64,000 bases of DNA from an uncultured Myxococcales bacterium (GTDB lineage: Bacteria; Myxococcota_A; UBA9042): assembly GCA_903919145.1 (NCBI GenBank), contig CAIXGW010000063.1, positions 8,253-72,252 on the forward strand, read 5' to 3'. Positions 10,091-18,814 of this stretch are shown piece by piece (the first letter of the stretch is position 1; each line of letters opens with the position of its first letter). A model generated the notes under the pieces. It worked only from the letters and a program-made list of their open reading frames with translations. It had not been told where the DNA came from and made no database searches. Position numbers and translations under genes: made by a program.

Positions 10091-10219
10091 GTCTGCCTCT
10101 CAGCCCCCATCAGGGGCGGGAATGTCTAGCCAAATCAACGCACCGCAAAGTACCACTTGAACGCAAAGCCTCCAAATTCGATCGGGGCTGCGACCAGACC
10201 GCCCGGCACCCTGGGCTGC

Positions 10220-10361
10220 CCAGTGCCTCAAACCCCAAGTTTGTTCCGGGTTCCGGAACGGACCCGGTTTGGGGTACGGAAGAAGACCCAGCAGTAGGAC
10301 CCAAAACCTGTGAACAAGAACCGGGGGCAACCCAGATCGAATGAGCGGTCTTGGGTACTAG
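10220..10361 (-). mobile_element. 142-bp dispersed repeat (MITE-like), copy 1
   Basis: Its reverse complement aligns without gaps to 32342-32483 (about 18 mismatches counted by eye). It begins at the CTAG containing the rrf2 stop. Confidence 0.75.
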
Positions 10362-10786
10362 ATCGAAAAATCCACCTTTCCAGCCCCAGAGTCTGCCCTG
10401 AGCGCCACGTCTTCCAGCGTGGTGCGCTCCAAAATCGCCCGGATCGCCTGCGCCCACTCGCCACTCATGGCCCGCGCAGCGGCCATCCCATCGTCGCCCG
10501 TGGCCACCGGCTCTTCGCCGATCTGCAAAGGCCCGTCGGCGGCTTCCACCACCTCCAGCACCCGAATCGCCGCCAACGGCCGCGCCAGCAGGTGCCCGCC
10601 ATCCGGCCCGCGGCGGCTGTCGATCAGGCCGGCCAGGCGCAGATCCGCCAGCAGCGACTCCAGGACCTTGTGCGGCACAGCCAGGGCGGCGGCCACGTCC
10701 TGCAGCCGCACGCGGCCCCCAGGCGCTTGCCGACCGAGCAGCACCAAAGCGGCCAAAGCCTGTTCTGTTCGGTGAGAGATGCGCAC
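10358..10786 (-). CDS. Rrf2-family transcriptional regulator (Cys-free, CymR-like)
   Basis: Rrf2 signature GLIDSRRGPDGGHLLARP..IRVLEVVEAADG, no cysteines, upstream of cysK, C-terminus DFSI. Confidence 0.9.
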   Translation of the reverse strand: MRISHRTEQALAALVLLGRQAPGGRVRLQDVAAALAVPHKVLESLLADLRLAGLIDSRRGPDGGHLLARPLAAIRVLEVVEAADGPLQIGEEPVATGDDGMAAARAMSGEWAQAIRAILERTTLEDVALRADSGAGKVDFSI

Positions 10787-10804
10787 TCAGAGCTCCTGGG
10801 ACCT

Positions 10805-10890
10805 GCGGCCACTGGCCACTGGCGACTGGCTGCTGGCTGCTGGCTGACTACTGACAGACTAGTGGCTACTGGCTGACCGACTGACTGCCG
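10805..10890. repeat. Degenerate short tandem repeat (about 7-nt units such as CTGGCTG, CTGGCCA, CTGACTA)
   Basis: Sequence ctggccactggcgactggctgctggctgctggctgactactgacagactagtggctactggctgaccgactgactg. Confidence 0.6.
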
Positions 10891-10919
10891 ATGGGCACCC
10901 GCCCCCCGGCCAAAAGGCT

Positions 10920-10941
10920 TTGTCCGATAGCCTGCGGACAA
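10920..10941. promoter_or_regulatory. Inverted repeat TTGTCCG-N8-CGGACAA, candidate operator
   Basis: Perfect 7-bp arms in the divergent rrf2/mgtE intergenic region. Confidence 0.35.
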
Positions 10942-11091
10942 TGGAAAATAGTAGCCGCACCCCCGACCAATTGCAAGCCCGGCCTCACAACTCCAAGAAT
11001 CCGTTGACCGCGGCCCAAGGGGTATCCGCCGGCGCCAAATCGTGGTATCGGGGCGCAGCTTTGGTGGGCGGCCAGAGCCACTGGGGGCCCC

Positions 11092-12390
11092 ATGTCCGTG
11101 TCCGATCTAGTAGAGCTGTGGTCAGACCTCAGCCTGGATGCGCAACTGCAGTCGTTTCGCGCGCTGAGCCGCGACGATGCAGAGGTCTTCTTCTCGTCCA
11201 TCGACTCCCGCGCCGCCGCCAACCTGCTGCTGTGTCTGCCGCCCACCGAGCGGCGGACCTGGATGCGCCTGCTTGCCCCAGATGACGCGGCCGACCTTCT
11301 CCAAGAAGTCTCGCACGAAGAGCGGGTCAGCCTGCTTGGCCTCCTGGATGAAGTAAACCGCAAGGAAGTGGCGGTATTGCTTGCCTACGCCGAAGACGAC
11401 GCCGGCGGCCTGATGTCCACCCGTTTTGCCCGGCTGCGCCCAGAGCTGCGCGTCGACGAAGCGCTGCTGTACCTGCGCCGCCAAGCCAAAGAGCACCTGG
11501 AGACGATCTACTACGTGTACGTGACCGATCAAGAGCAGCACCTGCTCGGCGCGGTTTCGCTGCGGCAGCTGTTCCAGGCGCCTGCCCAGGCCACCGTGCG
11601 CGAGGTCATGCAGCCAGCGGTGGTCTCGGTCAGAGAAGACAGCGACCAGGAGGCGGTCTCTAGGCTGTTCCGCCACTACAGCTTCCTGGCCATTCCGGTG
11701 GTGGATGCCGAAGGCCACATCAAGGGCATTGTCACCATGGACGACATCGTCGACGTGGTGGACGAAGAAGCCACGGAAGACGCCCAGAAGTTCGGCGGCA
11801 TGGAGGCCCTGGACCAGCCCTATCTCGACACCGGCTTTGGCCAGATGTTCAAGAAGCGCGCCGGCTGGCTGGCGGTGCTGTTCATCGGCGAGATGTTCAC
11901 TGCCAGCGCGATGGGCCACTTTGAAGACGAAATCGCCAAGGCCGTGGTGCTGACCCTGTTTGTACCGCTGATCATCAGCTCAGGCGGCAACTCTGGCTCT
12001 CAAGCCTCGACATTGGTGATTCGCGCCATGGCCTTGGGCGAGCTGCGGCTGCGCGACGCCCTGCGCGTGGCCAAGGGCGAATTGGTGACGGGCCTGGCTC
12101 TGGGGCTGGTTCTGGGCACCCTTGGGCTTCTTCGCGTAACATTGTCGGATGTTTTCTTTGGGGGTTATGGCGACCATGCTCTGAGGATCGGCATGGCCGT
12201 TGGGATCTCTCTGGTTGGCGTGGTGATGTTCGGAACGCTTGCAGGTTCCATGCTTCCACTACTTCTGGGCCGCATGGGCTTTGACCCGGCCAGCGCCTCA
12301 GCGCCCTTTGTGGCCACGTTGGTCGACGTAACAGGCCTTGTCATCTACTTCTCAGTTGCAAGTGCGCTCCTTGGTGGCACTCTACTGTGA
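11092..12390 (+). CDS. mgtE: Magnesium transporter MgtE
   Basis: MgtE N-domain, CBS pair (AGGLM, YYVYV), and PLIISSGGNSGSQ and DPASASAPFVATLVDVTG. Confidence 0.95.
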   Translation: MSVSDLVELWSDLSLDAQLQSFRALSRDDAEVFFSSIDSRAAANLLLCLPPTERRTWMRLLAPDDAADLLQEVSHEERVSLLGLLDEVNRKEVAVLLAYAEDDAGGLMSTRFARLRPELRVDEALLYLRRQAKEHLETIYYVYVTDQEQHLLGAVSLRQLFQAPAQATVREVMQPAVVSVREDSDQEAVSRLFRHYSFLAIPVVDAEGHIKGIVTMDDIVDVVDEEATEDAQKFGGMEALDQPYLDTGFGQMFKKRAGWLAVLFIGEMFTASAMGHFEDEIAKAVVLTLFVPLIISSGGNSGSQASTLVIRAMALGELRLRDALRVAKGELVTGLALGLVLGTLGLLRVTLSDVFFGGYGDHALRIGMAVGISLVGVVMFGTLAGSMLPLLLGRMGFDPASASAPFVATLVDVTGLVIYFSVASALLGGTLL

Positions 12391-12487
12391 AGTAAGGACT
12401 GACGCGGTGCCTTGAAGCTGTACACGCTATCCCTGGGGTGGGCGATCGCGTGCACATTGCATTCCAGTCAAGACCGGCTCGCCAGGA

Positions 12488-12799
12488 GTGGAGAACGTGC
12501 ACAACATTCAGTTGCCATTGACAGACAACCACTTGTCGGACCTCTCAGCCCGACTTCGAATCCTGGGCGACCCGGTTCGCCCGCGCCTGCTGCACCGCTT
12601 GGCGATCAGCCCGTGCGGCGTCACCGAATTGAGCCGCCACGTCAGCTCCACCCAACCCAACGTCAGCAAACACCTCAAAGTACTGCTGACCCAGGGCACG
12701 GTCGACCGCACCCAAGTGCGCAACACCGCCGTCTACAGCCTCATCGACAAGCGGGTGGACTGCGTCTGGCGCATGCTGGACCAGCCCAAAGAGGGCTAG
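12488..12799 (+). CDS. ArsR/SmtB-family regulator
   Basis: LGDPVRPRLL..VTEL..TQPNVSKHLKVL helix-turn-helix. Start may be 12497. Confidence 0.85.
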   Translation: MENVHNIQLPLTDNHLSDLSARLRILGDPVRPRLLHRLAISPCGVTELSRHVSSTQPNVSKHLKVLLTQGTVDRTQVRNTAVYSLIDKRVDCVWRMLDQPKEG

Positions 12800-12920
12800 C
12801 CCGCCAAGCCCGCAGCCCCAACTGTAGCCATTGCATCGCCCTTGGGCCGTTCCGTTGGCCTGCCTGCCGCAGAGCCGCTACAATGCAGCTGCGCTCCGCT
12901 CGGTGCCGCACGGAATCCCA

Positions 12921-14216
12921 ATGCCCACAGACCCAGAGCTTCAGGCCACCGCCCAGACCGCGGGCCAGCGCCCCGCCGCGCCAGCGCCACAGCCTGATGC
13001 AAACCCCGAGACACAGCGGAGATTGTCAGAGCGAGCCCTCGTCTTTGTCGTCGGCGCAGTGCAATTTGCCAATATCCTTGATTTCATGATGGTCATGCCC
13101 CTGGGCCCCGACTTCTCCAAGGCCCTGGGCATCCCCATGTCGCAGATTGGCCTCATTGGCGCGGTCTACACCGCCTCGGCCGCCGTAGCTGGCTTGGCTG
13201 GGATGTGGTGGCTGGAGCGCTTCGACCGCCGCACCGCCCTGGCCCTGTCGATGGTCGGCCTTGGGGTCGGCACGCTGCTTGGCGCCTTTGCCACCGGCCT
13301 GACGTCGCTGGTCCTGGCGCGGGCCCTGGCCGGGTTCTGGGGCGGTCCCGCCACCTCGCTGTCGATGTCGATCATCGCCGACGTCGTGCCGGTCGAGCGG
13401 CGTGGCCGGGCCATGGGCGCCGTCATGGGCGCCTTTGCCGCCGCCTCTGTGCTGGGAGTGCCGGCGGGCCTGGAGCTCTCTCGCCGCGGCGGCTGGCAGC
13501 TGCCGTTTCAAGCTGTGGCAGCCCTGGTTTTTGCTCTTGCTGCGGCAGCCTGGTGGGGCCTGCCCAAGCTGCGTGGGCACCTGGATCACGACACCGCCAA
13601 GGTCGACCCGCTCAGCCTGTTGCGCCGCACCAAGCCACAGATGGCCTTGCTGGCCACCGCCCTGCTGATGGCTTCTTCCTTCGCCTTGGTCCCCAACATC
13701 GCCTCCTACGTGCAAAGCAACCTGGGCTACCCAAGAGAGCACCTGGGAGGCCTGTACCTGTTGGGCGGCGTCGTCAGCTTCTTTGCCACCCGCATCGCCG
13801 GTCGCGCCGCCGACCGCTTCGGCATCGCCCTGGTGTCCAGCGTGGGCGCCATCCTAGTGGTCGCGGTCACCGCCGCTGGATTCCTTGGGGATCAGGCGCT
13901 CATCTCGGTGCCCCTGCTATTTGCCACGCTGTTTCTGGCCATGGGCATGCGCAACGTGCCCTACAACACCTTGATGACGCTGGTGCCAGGTCACCAAGAG
14001 CGCGCCACCTTCATGTCGCTGCAGTCCGCCATGCAGCACCTGGCCGCAGCGGCAGGAGCATTCGCGTCGTCGCGAATCCTGGTGGTGCTGCCCAACCAGC
14101 GCCTGGCCGGCATGAACAAGGTCGCGGCGCTGTCGATTGGCCTGACTGCGCTGGGCCTGCCCGTGCTGTGGTGGCTGAGCCGCCACGTCAGCCCGCGCCG
14201 CGCAGCTGCCCGGTAG
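12921..14216 (+). CDS. MFS transporter (DHA1-like efflux)
   Basis: About 12 hydrophobic segments, with ERFDRR, ILDFMMVMPLGP and RRGRAMG. Confidence 0.9.
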   Translation: MPTDPELQATAQTAGQRPAAPAPQPDANPETQRRLSERALVFVVGAVQFANILDFMMVMPLGPDFSKALGIPMSQIGLIGAVYTASAAVAGLAGMWWLERFDRRTALALSMVGLGVGTLLGAFATGLTSLVLARALAGFWGGPATSLSMSIIADVVPVERRGRAMGAVMGAFAAASVLGVPAGLELSRRGGWQLPFQAVAALVFALAAAAWWGLPKLRGHLDHDTAKVDPLSLLRRTKPQMALLATALLMASSFALVPNIASYVQSNLGYPREHLGGLYLLGGVVSFFATRIAGRAADRFGIALVSSVGAILVVAVTAAGFLGDQALISVPLLFATLFLAMGMRNVPYNTLMTLVPGHQERATFMSLQSAMQHLAAAAGAFASSRILVVLPNQRLAGMNKVAALSIGLTALGLPVLWWLSRHVSPRRAAAR

Positions 14217-14335
14217 GGCGCCGACTCCAGCCCCTGGGTCGACTGGTGGCCCCGCGGGGACGCCGCTCCGCCGAGCCAAGTGACCCGGTCAGCAGCAAGG
14301 AATTGCGCCCACCGACCCTGGGCAGGTTCCCGCCC

Positions 14336-15787
14336 TCAATCGTCCAGCAGCACCACGTCTACCGCCTGACTGCGCGCTGGGTGCCAGTGCAGCAATTCTC
14401 CGTGCTTATCGCGAATACGCAGGAAGGTGTACTGCACCCGCTCGCGCGGCAGCAGCACGTCGTGGGTAAACACGGCGATCCAGGTGCCAGTGTTGAAGTA
14501 CCACCCGCGCTTGAGGGGCTGGACCAGGCGCTGCACCGTCTCATCGTGGGTGTGGCCAAAGGTCACCAAGGGCACCTGCAGTAATTCGGCAATCTTTGCG
14601 GCCGCCTTGGGCAGGGGGTTGGGCTCCTGCGGCGGCCCATCTCGCAGCAGCAGCAGAGTCCCGCCTACCGTCAAGCTGCTGAAGAACAGAAGGTTCAGCG
14701 CCATAAACCACAGCGACTTGGAGGCAGACCCCATGCTGGCCTGCTGAATCACGTCAAACCCCAAGAACCACAGGCCAATGACCGCCAGCACCCCCAGCAG
14801 AGACAGGCCCAACACCCGCAGCAAGTTGCGCGCTAGCGACTCGACGGCTGCCACCACGTCGCCGCGCAGCTCCTTGAGCGAATCAATTTGCAAAAGCCGT
14901 TCTTGGAGCCCGGAGTCCTCCGCCAGCCTATGCAGCTCGGCGGCATGGACCTGGGGCAGCGCGGTGGGCGGCTGCAGCTTCTTCAAGGTCAATCGGCGCA
15001 ACCATTTGAATGCAAACGGCAGCTGACTAGTGGCCGCGTGGATCAGGACCGCCGGATTGTTCAGCAGCAGCCAGCGCCCGTAGCGGAAATTGGCCCGCGA
15101 AGACGGGACCATAAACGTGATCGGCCCAAAGCCATTGTACAGATAGCGCTGAAAGAAATTGCCAAGCGGCTGGTCGAGCTCTGTGTCGTCGGCGGCCTCT
15201 TCGGCCAGGTTGCTGCGCAGATACCAGCGAAAGGCGTTTTCGGGGTCGTACTGGCAGCCGTGCTCGATCCACACCCGCCCAGCCTCGTGGTAGAACCAGG
15301 GACGAAACTCCAGCAGATCCGCAATGATCTGATCGGGCTTCTTGCCCATGTGGACCAATTCCTCGGCCAGCACCCGGCGCAGCACCGCCTGGACCTCTGG
15401 CCACTGCAGCTCTACATCGTGGTTGCCCGGCAGGAACAACACCGGCAAGCCGGCGGACAGCGCCAACGCCAGCCCCTGCACAAAGGTCGGATGGCCGGCC
15501 AGGATATTCTCCAGGATTCGCGCAGCGATGGCCGGGGTCAGGTAGGCCGGCGCCCGCCCTTCGACACCGCCCTCTGGCTCCGGCTCTACCCGCAGAAGGT
15601 CAAAGGTGTCGCCGTTGAAGATAATCTGCGGCTTTGGCTGGTCGGGGGTGGCACTGCTGGCCAGCCACTCGATGAAGTTGACAAAGTCCTTGTCGTAGAA
15701 GAACGCTTCAAGGGCCCAATAGCGCCCCGTGTCAAGGTTTTTTCCTCTTCCCAAGTGGAAGTCAGACAGGACAATCAGATCGCGCAT
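14336..15787 (-). CDS. Calcineurin-like metallophosphoesterase with an inserted transmembrane hairpin
   Basis: Motifs SDFHLG, NGDTFD, GNHD, EHG and GHTH, with two hydrophobic helices before GHTH. Confidence 0.85.
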   Translation of the reverse strand: MRDLIVLSDFHLGRGKNLDTGRYWALEAFFYDKDFVNFIEWLASSATPDQPKPQIIFNGDTFDLLRVEPEPEGGVEGRAPAYLTPAIAARILENILAGHPTFVQGLALALSAGLPVLFLPGNHDVELQWPEVQAVLRRVLAEELVHMGKKPDQIIADLLEFRPWFYHEAGRVWIEHGCQYDPENAFRWYLRSNLAEEAADDTELDQPLGNFFQRYLYNGFGPITFMVPSSRANFRYGRWLLLNNPAVLIHAATSQLPFAFKWLRRLTLKKLQPPTALPQVHAAELHRLAEDSGLQERLLQIDSLKELRGDVVAAVESLARNLLRVLGLSLLGVLAVIGLWFLGFDVIQQASMGSASKSLWFMALNLLFFSSLTVGGTLLLLRDGPPQEPNPLPKAAAKIAELLQVPLVTFGHTHDETVQRLVQPLKRGWYFNTGTWIAVFTHDVLLPRERVQYTFLRIRDKHGELLHWHPARSQAVDVVLLDD

Positions 15788-16086
15788 GCCGCCGCTTTCC
15801 CAGACTGGGTTGCCCGCCACAGCCGCGGGCAGGGTCAGCACCAATGCTGCGCCACCTCTGCGACAACATGGGCCAATCAGGCTACGCTGGCTCTACCCAA
15901 TCGTCAATGCGCGCGCTGCCCAGCCCAGACCGTGTCAGCCGCGGGCCGTTGGGAAAGACCGCAAGATGACTGGCCGCCCGCCCACCGCGCCGCGATGACC
16001 CGCCACAGCTTGACGACACCGACTGCCGCTGTGTAACGTGCCCCAGCGGTCATGTCCGGCCGCTTCCTTGCCGAAACACCTAAGAA

Positions 16087-16647
16087 ATGTCTCATCTTGC
16101 ATCACGCCGGCGGCTTGTTGTGCGCCGACCCTTGTCGACCCAGGCCCGTGGCACCACAAGGTGGCCACTGCTGCTGCTTGGCGCGCTGGGTCTGGGCTGT
16201 ACGCTCGAGAATCCCCAGCAGTCCTGGGCACCTGTGCAGCGCTCATCTTTTGAGTGCGCCGTGCAGCCCATTCTGGCCAAAGAGTGCTCGATGCCAGCCT
16301 GCCATGGCAACACTGCCAGGCGCCTGCAGGTTTTGGCTCCTGGTCGCATGCGCATCGCCGCCGAGATGGTCAAGGCCCTGGCCAGCCAGCCCCCAGAGGA
16401 CCGCCAAGCCGGCTACCACCCGCAGCTGACGGCGGCCGAGATCGACTTCAATTTTGCTCAAGCACGGAGCATGGTTGTGCCTGGCCAGCCGGTGGCCGAC
16501 AGCCCCCTTCTCAACCGCCCCCTCGCCGTCAGCGCTGGCGGCATGTACCACGCGGCCGGCGGCGACATCTTCACCAGCGCCATGGACCTGGACTATGTGA
16601 CGCTGCAGGTATGGCTCGAAGGGGCAGGGCCGGAGATGTGCAAATGA
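16087..16647 (+). CDS. Lipoprotein with atypical CX4CH (possible heme-c) motif
   Basis: Lipobox LGLGC and VQPILAKECSMPACHG. ATGA overlap with the next gene. Start uncertain. Confidence 0.7.
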   Translation: MSHLASRRRLVVRRPLSTQARGTTRWPLLLLGALGLGCTLENPQQSWAPVQRSSFECAVQPILAKECSMPACHGNTARRLQVLAPGRMRIAAEMVKALASQPPEDRQAGYHPQLTAAEIDFNFAQARSMVVPGQPVADSPLLNRPLAVSAGGMYHAAGGDIFTSAMDLDYVTLQVWLEGAGPEMCK

Positions 16648-17618
16648 AGGCTCGCCGCGCGCTGCAACGTGGGTCGGCGAACCCGCGGCCCATGGCGGGT
16701 CACCAGGCCAAGCTGCTGGTATTGCTGGCCGCCGCCCCCTGGCTGTGCGGCTTCTCTTCGGTGTCGATGTTTGAGGCGGCGGCCGACCACGGCGGCGGAG
16801 GCGGCTATACTTTTGTTGGATCGCCCACTTCTCATGACCTGGACTGCACCAGCTGCCACCAGGGCAGCACCGCTGGCGGCCAACTGGCGCTGGCCAGCGA
16901 CCCACCGGGCTTGTTTGAGCGCGGCTTTGTACCGGGCACCACCTACGCCATCTTGGTGCGCCTGGTCGCCGAAGTCCGCGGCCTGGACCGCAACGGCACC
17001 TGCCAGCCCGACGCAGGCGGCTGCAACCGCAACGGGTTCGTCGCTGAGTTCTTGGGAGGCAACCACCAGCCCGCAGGTCAGCTGTGCAGCGATACCGGGC
17101 AGCTGAGCGAACAGGGCTGCGACAGCGACTCGGGCGCTGAGACCACGCTGTTCACCGGCGGCCGGGCCGTCAGCGGGGTGTCGCTGCAGCAACCTCAGGC
17201 CTGTGGCGGCAACTTGACCAGCGATTGCATAGATATTCAAGCATTGATCCAGGCTGGAAAGACCCAAGACGAAATTAATCAGCTGCTTCTTGCTAGTGTA
17301 AAAGGCCGGACATCCTGGCATTTTTTGTGGAAAGCTCCCCTGACCACCACCGCTGTGGCCTTTCACCTCGGCGCGGTGGACGGCGACGGCGGCACCCAGG
17401 TCACCCCAGAGCACAACGACTACTTTGGCGACGCCACCTATTCTGTTCACCGCACGCTGTACCCCGAAGGGATGGCCCCAGCCGACCAGCAGGCCGCTTG
17501 CGGCGCCTCGCCCGTGGGCAGCCCCAGCAGCGCCCACGCCGGGGCCCTTCTCGCCGCCGCCACTGCCTGGCTGGCGCGCATCTTCCGCCGTCGCTCGCGC
17601 CAGGAGGCCAACCCATGA
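16644..17618 (+). CDS. Secreted protein with CXXCH motif, Reeler-like domain and MYXO-CTERM-like tail
   Basis: Signal peptide, DCTSCHQG, Reeler-like FVPGTTYAI and SWHFLWKAP, C-terminal ACGAS..hydrophobic..RRRSR. Confidence 0.7.
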   Translation: MKARRALQRGSANPRPMAGHQAKLLVLLAAAPWLCGFSSVSMFEAAADHGGGGGYTFVGSPTSHDLDCTSCHQGSTAGGQLALASDPPGLFERGFVPGTTYAILVRLVAEVRGLDRNGTCQPDAGGCNRNGFVAEFLGGNHQPAGQLCSDTGQLSEQGCDSDSGAETTLFTGGRAVSGVSLQQPQACGGNLTSDCIDIQALIQAGKTQDEINQLLLASVKGRTSWHFLWKAPLTTTAVAFHLGAVDGDGGTQVTPEHNDYFGDATYSVHRTLYPEGMAPADQQAACGASPVGSPSSAHAGALLAAATAWLARIFRRRSRQEANP

Positions 17619-18814
17619 CCGCGGCAAGCCAACCTAGGCCCCCTCGCCGGCCCAAGCTAGCCAGCTTGCTCGTCAGCTTTGTGGCCGTAGCCATGGGGCT
17701 TTCTGCGGTGGCTCAGGCCGTCGAGCCGACTTCTTGCGACATCAAGACCGGCCCTTCTTGCGCATGGAAGGAGGGCTGCGACTGCGACCACGACGGCTAC
17801 GTGATCGGCAGTGGCAAAGCGTCAAAATACTGCCATTTTCCCAAGTGCCCCATCGACTCCGATGACAAAGACCCCAAGAAGCTGGGCATTGTCTCAGCGG
17901 AAAACGCCGACGGCGACGGCTGGACCAAGGCCTACGACTGCAACGACACCGACAAATGCATCGGCAAGACCTGCGGCGTCAGCACCTGCGGCAGTGCGCC
18001 CGTCGATCCAGATGCCGATCAAGACGGCTTTGCCGCCAGCCTAGACTGCAATGACAAAGACCCCAACATCAAGCCGGGCTCGCCCGTCGCCTGCTGCAAC
18101 TGCGCAAATCTGAACGATCCCGACAAGGTCAAAGCGCTCGGCTGCAGCGGTTGTCCGCTCAGCCTGTCGCCGCCAGACGCGGGCTCGACCGACGCCGGCA
18201 GCGCTGACGCCGGATCGACGGGCCCCGACTCTCTCCAATTCGATGCCGCCGCGGATCCCGGCGACGGATCTGGCGATTCCGCCGGCCCTGACGTCGCCAC
18301 TGCAGATCTGGCCAGTCCAGAGCCCGGCAAGGCCGACGCCGGCAAGCCAGACACCGCCGCCCCGGCGCCCGGCGCCGCCGACTCCGCCGCCGCCAGCCCA
18401 GGCCCACTGACGGACGCCGGCAGCGCCTTTGACCCGCAGGGTGGCTTGCTGGTGGGCAGCCGCAGCGACGAGCGCCTGCCGCCTCCCCCTCCCGGCTGCA
18501 GCGCCGGAGCGCAGGGCCAGGCCCATTCTGCATGGTTGGCAGCGCTGTGGCTGATCGCGCTGGTCGCCTGGCGCGCCATGCAGCGGTCGCAGCGCCGCAG
18601 CGTGGCTGCGACCGCGGCGGTCCTGGCAGCGGCGGCGGTCTCGGCAGGGGCTTGCGTGCGCGTGGAGCCCTGGCAGCGCCAGAAGCTGGCCCACCGCTGC
18701 ATGGTTCTGGGCCGCAACGCCGGCGAAAAAGACCTGGAGCAACACGCCTTTCAGTACAGAGAGGGCTCGGCCGGCGGCTTTGGCGGCGGCGGTGGAGGCT
18801 GCGGTTGCAACTGA
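17615..18814 (+). CDS. Cys/Asp-rich surface protein (DCND metal-binding-type repeats, MYXO-CTERM-like segment) fused in frame to DUF4266
   Basis: DADQDGF..DCNDKDPNIKPG repeats, then GCSAG..WLAALWLIALVAWR, then CVRVEPWQR..REGSAGGFGGGGGGCGCN, the DUF4266 signature. Confidence 0.8.
   Translation: MTAASQPRPPRRPKLASLLVSFVAVAMGLSAVAQAVEPTSCDIKTGPSCAWKEGCDCDHDGYVIGSGKASKYCHFPKCPIDSDDKDPKKLGIVSAENADGDGWTKAYDCNDTDKCIGKTCGVSTCGSAPVDPDADQDGFAASLDCNDKDPNIKPGSPVACCNCANLNDPDKVKALGCSGCPLSLSPPDAGSTDAGSADAGSTGPDSLQFDAAADPGDGSGDSAGPDVATADLASPEPGKADAGKPDTAAPAPGAADSAAASPGPLTDAGSAFDPQGGLLVGSRSDERLPPPPPGCSAGAQGQAHSAWLAALWLIALVAWRAMQRSQRRSVAATAAVLAAAAVSAGACVRVEPWQRQKLAHRCMVLGRNAGEKDLEQHAFQYREGSAGGFGGGGGGCGCN

Noticed and set aside
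10890-11091. Mg2+ (M-box) riboswitch upstream of mgtE
   Set aside because: No recognisable conserved motif or terminator by eye; an Rfam scan would be needed to exclude it fully.
12550-12572. TTCGAATCC, resembling a tRNA T-loop
   Set aside because: It lies inside the ArsR coding sequence and has no cloverleaf context.
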